In this document: piece by piece, positions 24,951-35,900 of the stretch
How positions within the stretch are numbered: position 1 is the first letter of the stretch
Layout of the letters: each line of letters begins with the position of its first letter
From: Setoptus koraiensis
Lineage: Eukaryota > Animalia > Arthropoda
DNA length: 64,000 nucleotides
Direction of reading: 5' to 3'
Assembly: GCA_048013815.1 (NCBI GenBank)
Contig: CM106585.1
Location: 16,058,001 to 16,122,000, forward strand
Position numbers and translations under genes: made by a program
Notes under the pieces: generated by a model
Seen by the model: only the letters and a program-made list of their open reading frames with translations
Databases searched by the model: none
What the model was told of the DNA's origin: nothing

Positions 24951-26585
24951 CGCGATGGTCGCCACGGCGACCCCATCACTCATAGCCTATGAGTCATAGG
25001 CCATGAGCCGGCCACGGGCGCCAGCGGCGCGGGTTGGCACGTTGGGCGGCGGTCGAGGGCCGCCAGTCGCAACTGCCGAGACTCTTGACTCAAGAGCGGA
25101 ACGGCGCTCAGGGGGCGCTCCCGGCGAGAGAGCCCGATATCGAGAGGGCCCGATATCGAGCGAGACCGTTAATTGGTCGATTGGTTAATTGGTGCGTCGG
25201 TGCGCCAAAAAGAACTGACTGCAATCGCTGGGGCTGAGTTTTTCGGGCTCGGGCTCGGCCCGTTTGCATATGCCGGGCCAGCGGTATGTAAAGCGTGCCC
25301 GGCTGTGTCAGCTTGCTGTCAAATTGTTGGACGGCGGCGCTTCGAATGGCCGACCAACTATATTGAATATATCATACTGACTGTATGTGTATAGTGGATA
25401 CACTATGGCCAATATCAGTAATCAGCAGTGAATGCTTGATTGAGTTGCTTGATTGGTGTGAGAATAATCTCGTCGGCTGCCGATCAATACAGCCGCTGAC
25501 TAGTGCTGACTAGTGCTGATTAGTGCTGATTAGTGCTGATTAGTGCGGCCGCCGACGGGCCGACATGCGAGCCGACTGACCCCTGCCCGCATGCAGCCAA
25601 CAGGTGAGTTGGCACCAGTCGAGTTGGCAACAGGCGCACAGGTGAGCATGTGAATGGGCGAACAGGTGAACGGGCGCACAGGTGAATATGTGAATAGGTG
25701 AACATGTGAGAAGGTGAACGGGCGAACGGGTGAATGGAATTGCAAATTGGCCAATGGACGCCGCCACACTCGATCTGTATTTATTTAGACCACCGGCCGA
25801 TAGACGCCGATACCTGTAAAGTTTACAGTGTAAACTGGACAGGGCCGGTTCCGGTGACGATGCGGCATAGGGCACGGGCAATGGCGGGCAACAATGCTGC
25901 CGGTGTAAGCGAATTGAGTGGCGCCACAGCAGCAAGCTGGCCGAATCGGCTGGCCGGATCAGCTGAATTGTCGGGCCGAGTCAGCTGAATCGTCAGGCCG
26001 GATCCAATTGTCGGCGGTGAGTCACAATTGTCAGTATCGATCTGACAGTCAGCTGACCGTTGACAGGGGCTTGTGATCGAGTCAGCGCAAACAGTTGGCC
26101 TTGTTAATGGACGCCACTAATTCAATTGCCGGCGTTCCAACTGGCCGGCGCCACACTGTGCCGGCCAGACCGGTGAGAAGCGGCAAAAAATGCCACTGCC
26201 ACTTGCCCACAAGCGAGTCGCAACAAGCGAGTCGCAACAAGCGAGTCGCAACAAGCGCGTCGACAACAGGAACAGGAAAGTCTCATTATTGGCTGTCTGG
26301 TCGGTGGCGACGCCATTCTCAAGTTGAGAAGCCGCCGCGCCGCAAAGTGGCGCTCGTTTGTGGCCGACAGCCGCGAGCCGCCAGAGAAGCGCCAGCACAA
26401 ACAATGGCCCAATCAATGCGCGGCTCGGCCGCGATTGGCGATGCTCACTTATCATCGCCGATTCGCCAATATCCGTTTCTGGTCTCTGATTACGTAATTG
26501 ATGCGCGGCTCCGTGCGGTTCCGTGCGGCTCTTTGCGGTTCCGTGCGGCTCCGTGTGGCTCAAGTGTGATCGCCAACTGGACTGG

Positions 26586-26648
26586 ACCGACCGGCGGACT
26601 GACCGGCGGACTGACCGGCGGACTGACCGGCGGACCGACCGGCGGACC
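26586..26648. repeat. 12-bp minisatellite x5 (gaccggcggac[t/c])
   Basis: Direct reading. Confidence 0.9.
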
Positions 26649-28905
26649 GCACAGCCAAGTGCGGCCGATGAGACGGGGCGGGCGGCCATGCACAGGCGCG
26701 TATGACGCAACAGGTTGTGATTTAAATTTAAATTTAACCGCTGCTGGCCGGTGTGTGCCAAACGCAACTGGACAACGATGCGCTTCACGGTCAATTTGAC
26801 AATTGAAACCAAATCAGCTGAATGGAGTGGCCACAACAAACAATATGAATAACAGTGTTTGGCTTCTATTTTTGGCTTGTTTGTTGTGCTGCCACCGGTG
26901 CTGCCAGCAATCGGCGTTGTTGTTGCAACTCAAGGGCTTGTTAAGTTGCCTTCGAAATCAAATCAAACCGAAATCGACCCGCTGAACCGCTCACAAATTT
27001 GCTTGCGTCTGTTTGCGTTTGCCTGAGTTTGCTCAACAAGTGGCCACGTCGAGCAAATTCAGTGCCAAGCCAACAAAGCTGGCCAACGAAAACACCGCAT
27101 TGTCCCGAGTTGCCCAACAACTGATTGTGTGTCACGTAATCGCTTGCACAATGTGTTGCCGGCCAACGCTGGCTGACTTGCGGCCGGCCCACAGGTGAGC
27201 TCGCCGTTGTTGTTGTCGCTGTAGCCGCCGTTGCCGTTGTTGCTGTTGTTGCCGCTGTTGTGACTCACAACTTGTGAGATGAACGAATTAGCATCAACAA
27301 AGGAGCTGCGAGCGACGGCGATGCGGCCACCGCCGGCGCAATCATTGCATCTCTATCGGCTGCCATCGCTGTCCGCTGGCGCAACAGCAACAACACCAGC
27401 AACAGCGACAGCGACAACCGCTGCGAGTGTCCCCAAAATGACCGCTGGTCCGCCTCTCGATGGGCGCCTTTCGAATTGAAAGTTTCAATGGCGATCCCCG
27501 TCGCACGATCATGTAAATGTGAACGCAACATGGCCAATCGCGACAAATAACCGCTCTGGCGCTGGCTTGCGCCCGGCACGCCGACCACTCAAGTCGCCAA
27601 TTGCAACAATTTGCATAACACTTGTCCCGTTGACCACTGGCCAACTGCAGTTTGGCCAGCAGCAAATTGACTGGCCAGTTTTGGCCAAAGCGGCGCCACT
27701 GGCCACTGTGCAAGCCTGTGTATAACTGCCACTGGACATGAGTCATGTTACATGACTTCCGTCGCCGTGTTACGTAACTTTTGTTGACGTTGAGTAACTT
27801 TTGTTGACGTTGAGTAACTTTTGTTTGTGGCCGCAGTGCGGCGGCAACGCACACGTAACGGCCACAAGTTACGTTTGTGTTTGCGTTTGCGGTCCGGCCC
27901 GCCGGACGCTTGATGCGCTGGCCAGCCGGAGCACGCCCGGCCATGGTTGACCGGCCGAACGGCCGGCTGACCCACCGATCGACCGGCCGAACGGCCGGCT
28001 GACCGACCGACCGGCTCAAGCGACATTCGCGGAGAGACTGACGTTCACTGCGGCCCATCTGACAATACGATTGCAGCCCGTGGGCGCGTACAGTGATGAC
28101 AGTATCGGCCAAACAATCGGCGTACCCACATTGCATCGCATTGATGCGTTCAGTGATGCAAGCGCCAGTGGTCAGCCGGCAACTGGCCATTGTGCTATAA
28201 CGGTTATGCTATAACGGTTATACTATAACGGTTGTGCAATCTGTCATGACAGCGATCTGCGCAGCGCGCACACCAGATTGCATAACGGATTGCATAACAA
28301 ATTGCATAACGGATCATGCTTATGTGCGGCAATCCAATAAACAATATAGCGCAACAGGTGACTGTTTGATCTGTATCTGGCAACGTTGTCTGGTATCGCA
28401 CTTGCGGGGGTCGTTGAACTGGCCGGCCACATTGCACTGTCACTTGTTGCGCTCGCTCGGTCTACCGACACACGACAGCGGCGATATTGCCGGTTGCTGT
28501 CGGCTGTTTAAACTGACGGCTGGTTTAAATTGACAGCTGATTCGAATTGACGGCTGGCTCAATTCGACAGCTGATTTGAATTGACAGTTGCTGTGTTGCG
28601 TGCCATTGTCAATTGTTGCAGCGATTGACAACGATGCGGCGATAAACAAATTCCTGCTCGCTGCTGTGGCGTGTTCCAGGCAACGCGCATATCTGCACAA
28701 AGTTTACTGAACAAGTTAACTGAAAAAGTTAACAACACCGATTGGCCGATTGGCAATATCAAGTGGCGCGATCGAGAGTCATTGGCAATTTTCGCCCACT
28801 ATTGTTTACATTTGGCATTTCGCCGGCTCGTTCGGCCGCCATTACGCAAGAGCCAGCGCGGCCGCCATAAAGCGAGGTGAACGATTTCTCCAGAGCATCA
28901 CCTCA

Positions 28906-28908
<3 letters not shown>

Positions 28909-28958
<50 letters not shown>
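28909..28958. repeat. (AC)25 microsatellite
   Basis: Direct reading. Confidence 0.95.
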
Positions 28959-28960
<2 letters not shown>

Positions 28961-29352
28961 ACGCTGCCGCCACTTATGTAACCGCTGTGGTGATACGATG
29001 GTGATTATGTAATAAAATGATAAGCGCTTGCCGTACTCGAAGTGGCCAAGTGGCTGACAGCGAACAAGGAAATATGAGTTGCGCCACTGTAAACACTCGA
29101 CATGCCCAGTTGACAGCTACCGATACGAACAGCTGATGTTGACAGCAGCATGACAGATGACACGGCATGTAATGAGTTGCAGTCACAACAGCGCCACTTT
29201 CTCGATCACACTGCCAACAGCGTGATCGCCAGCAGCGACTGGCGCCAGTCGTCTAGTCACTGTTGACTACTACTGTCAAATGTCACGTGAGCCGGCCGAC
29301 GTGGCCCTATCTGCCAGTGGTTGTGTGGCGCAACAATTACGCAACCCGCAAC

Positions 29353-29412
29353 ACTCTTACGTAAGACTCTTACGTGAGACTCTTACGTAAGACTCTTACG
29401 TGAGACTCTTAT
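29353..29412. repeat. 13-bp minisatellite x4.6 (actcttacgt[a/g]ag), alternating A/G and so forming a 26-bp higher-order unit
   Basis: Direct reading. Confidence 0.9.
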
Positions 29413-29942
29413 GATGAGAGCCAGATAACTGTTTGTTGTCGATGCTAGCGCCGAGCAGCCCAATCGACAGAATCAATTCTGGCAGCATTTTGGCAGCACA
29501 AACAAAATTTGTGCAGCAAAATTTGTCACAATTTTGCAAAATTTTGCAATTTTGTGACAATTTCGCCGCATTGATCGGCTTCGGCGAGCATGGCATGCCT
29601 GATATTTGATAGTGAGAACGCTTCGCTCGGCATGCCAACGAGCGTGTATGTCCGGCGTGTGTAATGAGCGGCTTCGAACGGCGACACACTCGTCTCGTTT
29701 GCAGCAAACGGTTTGCTGACAACAATTTTTGCAAAGTTGACATCTAGCCGCTTGCTCGGCACCTCCGAGCAGCCTCGACAGCCTCAACGACATGATCGAC
29801 ACACATTGCATGCATCTCCGAGAGTGAAAGCGCCAATTGGTGTACACCTAGCGAGCGGTGCACTCAACTAAATATGCTACATCGGCCATTATTTATTTAC
29901 CATGTGTTACAATTTTATATTGATATTCACGCGTGAATGTAG

Positions 29943-32900
29943 GAACAGTACACAACGAGGAAGAAACGGCTCAGCAAACTTGACTTGAATCATCCTCATG
30001 TGGCACCTATTCAGCCGCAACATAAAAACTTTGCCACCAACCAAGTGCCCACTACTACACCGGCGCCACCTCTCGACAAATTGTTCACCGGAACAGTGGA
30101 TAGTGGGCCCGCAGTGGCGGATATTCGAGAGCCGTTGCAGCCGTTGGATATATCGCAAGCTGCAGCGCACCACGAGGGCCCACGAACGGCAGCGCCATCA
30201 GAAGCCGAAGTAGCAGCAGCAGCAACGACAGAGACGGCAGAGCGATCAACTAACAGTATAGTGCCAAACAAGGATTACAACGCAACCGGAAGTGAGCAGC
30301 ATGCTAACAATAATGTCAACAATGCGGCCGGATACACCAAGCACCGGTCGACGCCTAGCGACGGTGGCGATAATCAATTTAATTTTGCCTACGGCGATCA
30401 TTTGGCGGCCAGTAACGGCACTGCAACAAACAATGACCATGGCGCCATTGCGACAAACAACAAAACAAGTGACATCGTGCGATCCGGCGACCAGGGCCCC
30501 CCGCATCATCAACATCAGCAGCAACAAGTGTCCGAGGACTGGTCATCGGGGCAGCTGGAAGGGGGCTACTATCAGCACGACCATGGCGGACACACGACAA
30601 ACGGCAAAAGCGCCAACAACGAGCTCGATTTGGACAATTTTCCACTGGATGGGTACCAATTAGCCGAAAGTGACCAGTCCGCTACCATTGCGGATAAAAA
30701 TCGCCATCAACGGACACCGGACGACGCCGACGACGACAACATTGTGTCCTCGAGCTCGTTTGCCTCCATGGAAAGGATTCAACCGACAACGTTCGTCAAC
30801 AAAAGCCCACAGTTTGTGTCCAGCGATGGCCAGCGAAATACCACTTCCGGCCCATCGAACTCAAACCTGACCCTGGTTGGCGGCCGTGCCGGGCCCGAGT
30901 TGATACCCATCACGAAGCCGTTGGGCGCGGTAGAGGGCGCTGATGATGATTCAGAAAGTTATAACAGTGCCAGTAGCACCCATTTGCCCCACTATTACCC
31001 TAGCTCCCCGACATCGGGTTATCACGATCTAGGCGGCTTCACAATGTCGGCCACCACCGAGGCCACAAATCCGTGGATACCCACCACTCTAAGCGTGGAC
31101 AATGGCGCCAGCACAACGTCCGACGGCCAACTAGACGGCGAAACTGAGCCGGCCCCAACGGGCGCCAACACCGACGTCATGCTGTCTCAATCCTCTGAGC
31201 GCGCATCGTCATCGTCCCAACTAACGTCTGTCCAGCTGACCACTTCCGGTCACACTTCTGTCAGCAGCAACAGCGGTGGCGCCATGCAACACTGGCCGCT
31301 CTCAACGGTGAGCCCGGCCGCCCACGACGATCAGTTGGGCTTCGATCAAATCACTTCTCCAGTCACGACGCCCGTCAGCGCCCTCGTAGACTCGCCCAGC
31401 GTACCGGCGTATGTCGGCGCGCCCTCTAGTGAGTCAGCGACAACAACCATGCTGAGCAATGACATCGCCACAGGCTACAACAACGGATCGGCCATCAGCA
31501 ACTTTTGGCCCGGCGGCTCGGGCAGCGGTGATGCAAAGGCGCACGATGCGACTCGTATAGCGGGCCAAAACACTTCCGGTTCGGCGACAACACAACCCAG
31601 TTGGTCATCGCTGGACATCAGCGGCAACGATTCTGTCAGAAATAGTGATCACGGCGACAATTTGCTCATCGCGATCGGCTCTCAGCCGGTGTCGGCCAGC
31701 GACACTCAGTCGAACGGGACCCGGGCGGCCAGTGGCGCCGACGGTGCGGCCACCACGACCAGGCCAGACGGCGGGCAGCAGCAGCCGCCACCGCCCACAG
31801 AAAGTGACAGTTCCAATGATACGATCGCACAACAGAGCGGCTGGGTGGGCGACCGCAACTACTTGCCCGTGGCCGCCGTCACCACGCAAACGCCCGTGGT
31901 CGCTGCGAGCACGGGCGATCCGCTCAGCGGCGCCGGAAGCGCCGATCAAGACGAAATGGGTGTGTCGTCATCGTCGCCGCTAAGCGTTGTCGTGTTCGAC
32001 AACGGCGGCGCCGGATCGCCGCCGCCGTATAAGTACGCAGAAAATCCGCGTCACCTGCCCAACTATGGCGCTGTGTTCGGCGTGCGCAAATCGCCACTGG
32101 GCAACTCGTCTGCGTTGCAACTGACAGTTGCAAAGCAGCGATTTTCTGAGCCTCTGGCCATGGTGTCCGACAATGAGCTCGGCAACAACAGCAGCAGCAT
32201 CAGATCTCAGAGGGCGCCGGCGGCGGGCAGCGACCTCGGGCCGGACAGAGCGCCGAACTCGGGCGCACGCAATGAATGGCGCGAATCGTTGTCGCCAGTG
32301 CATCACATCAACAATCTGGACAGCGGCGGGGGCGCCGGTCTCGACACGGACACGTATAAGACGTCCACTGGGGCAACAACTGGCGTTGAGCAGCAGCGAC
32401 AGCTGGCGACAACAAGCAACAACAACAATGTCAACAACAATGACGATCGGGGGGCCTCGATTACGCAATCGAGCACGCTGGATCAGCTGGACAACACCGG
32501 AAGCAGCGAGCATGACGGCAACAAACAATTAGCGCCACCGTCGCCCGTAGGCGACGACGACGATTTTGAGCCATCTGTTGGGCCCGATGAAGCGGCCAAC
32601 AAGAAGCGCCAGCAATACTATTTGAGAGAACCGGAAGTAGCGGTTGTGCCGGCCAGCAGCAACAGGTCGGCGACGCCGGAACAGGCTAGACAGAGCAAAC
32701 AAAACAAGACACACAAACATAGCTATGTCTGGGGCAAGCGCGCCTCCAACAGTACCGACCGGAAGTGGACCGGTGAGTCGGACAAATCAGCACTGCGACC
32801 AAATCAGTTAGGCTCAGCGCAGGCCGACGCCGCTCGGCAATCCGCTTACGACGAAAGCTCAAGCGGCTCCGACCAGGCAAACGCTGACCATCATCACAAG

Positions 32901-35900
32901 TCGCCCTCATCGGGCGACTATTTTGTCGGGGGAAATAACGCGGGACAGTCACTCGTTCAACATTCAGACAGCAATAATCTGGACGGTAGTTTTTACACAA
33001 ACGATTGGAAGGGAGTCAGCACCTTAAACAATTACTACAATGTGTCAAGTGCGGCCGAACGGCACACCCACTCGGACGACACCGGCCCGCTGTCGGACTC
33101 GTCCGGAAGTGACTCGCCGGCCCGCGATGCAATGGCGCATCATACCACACGAGCGCCAAGCTCGCGACTTTTAAGCAGTCGCGTGCATGTGTCGGGCGAC
33201 ATAATTATATCGACAGCGTCGCCATCGTTGATGGCCAACAAACAGTGGCAGACCAAACAAAAACCGGCCACAAGGGGGCGATCGCACAGCGATAGGCTCG
33301 ACGAAGACCAGGCCGGCCCGACGGCGGCCGAACCGGACGAGCCGGGCCCCAACGAGCCGACCAACAGGCAGTATAGTAAACAGGTTGCAACAACAAGTGG
33401 CGACGACAACGCCGACTATGATCAGGTCTCGCCGGACAGTGACGCGCACAAGCGACCGAGACAAGAGAAGCGACAAGCGAATAAGAACCACGGGACCCGT
33501 GACTCCGGTCAGCATTCCAAGGCGGCCCGAAAGAAGCACAATCGCCTTGTGAGCGGCGACGAGGAACAGCAAGCCGGCAACGGGCCCGATGGCGCCGATC
33601 ATCCGGACGAACGAGGCACGCCCAATCGGGGCCCGACAACCAAACAATCGCTCAGCCGGCCTCAATCCAGCAATCAGTATCCAAATGGCGAGCGCAAATA
33701 CAACAGGAAACAACAGGAAGCAGATTTTGCGGGCCGGGACGCCGACCAACGGGCAAAGCAGCATCGGGCCAACGAGTTCGAACTGAGCAGCACCGGACCG
33801 GGCACCGCAGTCAGGTCGCCCGGCAGCGCCAACAGCAAGCAGCAGCAGCACCATAGTGAGGCACCCGGTGACACGCCCACCGGCCAGGAGTGGTCGGCGG
33901 GCGATCAAACGGAGCCCGAATCGATGGGCACCAGGCAGAAAGAAAATCACAACTACGGCTCTCAGACCATTGGCGTTCGTCTGGAGCCCAAGCTGCCGCC
34001 CACTATAAGCACGCTGCGCATTGTCAACGACGACTTTGCCCGCGAAAATCCGTCGCCGGCCCGCAGGCCGCCGTCGACATTTCCGGCGCCCGCACTGGAC
34101 GAAATGAATCTCAAATTGAAACAGCTGGCGGCCGAAAACAAGCAATCGGAGGCGCGTCGCCAGGCTCGCCAGCCCCAACAACATCAGCCGAGGCGCCACC
34201 TACAACGGGCCAACAGAAACGACACCAGCGGTCGGTACGGGCAACCGCCGCACCACACCGAGATGATGCACCGCGACGAGTCGGGATCGCAGCCCTTCAA
34301 GATGGCCGCGGCCGGAAACAAGTACCTGTTGCCGCGGCATCAGCTTATGCAGCACAACCCCTTTCAGCAGCATCAGTCGAGCGCGCCCTATCCGCAGCAC
34401 AGCGTGCACTACGGCCACTGGCAACCGGGCGGCCAGCCGCGACCGGTGCCCGGCGGCCAATATTACCCGGCCATGCAGCACAAGCAGCACCAGTCGCAGC
34501 AGTTTTACGGTGCGCCGGCGGCGCCAAACAGTCGCCCGCCGCATCACTACGGGCACCCGCAACAGCCGGCCCGACAGCCGCTTGCCAGCTACATGCACCA
34601 AGCGGACAACTCGCAAATCTTTCAACAATCACTGCAAATGGAATCGGACTTCCAGCCCATCATGGGCCAGCCGCACCAACACCAGAATGTCGTTCAGCAC
34701 AACAGAACCAACCACAACCGCTATTATGCGGTTGCGCACAACAATCCGCCGCAGCACCCGTCCGCGTCCGGCCCGACCATGGTTCAGTACAATGTGAGCT
34801 CGCTAGAGCCCATAACCGTGTACAATCCGCAGCCCACCTACGAGGAGTATCTCGCCGTCCAGGCGGGTCCTCCGCAACAACCAAACCTAGAGCCGTCGGG
34901 TCCTATCGGCCAGCCGTCGGACGACGACAATCGGGCCAGGTATCACGCCGCAAGTCAGGGCACCCGATTGAATCAAGGCTACGATCAGCAGCAGACCTTC
35001 ATGAGCGCCGGCTCGCCCGATCGGCAGTACTCTCAGATTCGCGATCCGCCGCCCAGATACCCGATGGCCGATGTCGGGCCGGCGCGGCCCGTCTACGGTC
35101 ACAGCCAACAGCAAGCGGACAGCCAGCGCTACCAAATAGCGACCATATACGACAACAAACCGCAAGTGGATCAACAGGGCGAACAATCGGTCAACAACGA
35201 CAACAGGTGGTCGGTGTCCACATTGCCCTACCCGCCGGCTGCGCCCCGCGCCAAAGAATACTTCACCCAGTACAAGGTGCTGGAATCGGGGCCGGCGCCG
35301 CCGCCGCCGCCCATGCTACTCAATCAAAGTCCCGCAGAAACGATCTTCGGACCGGCTCCGCCGGGCCAACAATTGGCGGACGGTCAGCCCGTCAGATATG
35401 TCCCGTCAACGGGCGCCAATATGGCCGGTTACGAATATGCAAACGAATACAGTCAGCCGATCGACCAACAACAACTATCGCACAACAACAAGCAACCAAA
35501 CATCTATCAAGCCTCGGCAACAAATATCGCCGACAAGCCGCCGCACGACCACTACCCCTTGCCCGTGTATCACCAGCAGCCGCAGCAGCAATACCCGTAC
35601 CCGGCACCGCCGCAATACGACGCGCCGAGGCACCGCCCGCCACAGTATAAGCACCAGCAGTCTTACCAGCAGCAGCAGCAGCAACATATGAGCAAGGCGC
35701 CGCCTCAATACCAGCCGATGCACCATCAACAGCAACAACTGGGAGATCCGGGCCCGAGCGGTCAGGCGGCCGACTACAGCGGTCAGCATCAGCCGGTTGA
35801 GCACACGGGTCTGTCGTCCAACCGGAACATTGTGCAACAGAACAGCAACCACAGCGGCAATAGAGCGCGGGATCCGCAATCCGCCGCGTTGCCGCCCACC

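Noticed and set aside
26095-28190. 234-282 aa ORFs in intron 2 of the giant gene
   Set aside because: They are built from tandem-repeat units in GC-rich DNA, open on both strands, with no domain or splice support.
32700-32741. Giant protein as a neuropeptide precursor (SYVW-GKR)
   Set aside because: Only one amidation site in more than 5,000 aa and no repeated peptide copies; kept only as a possible processing site.
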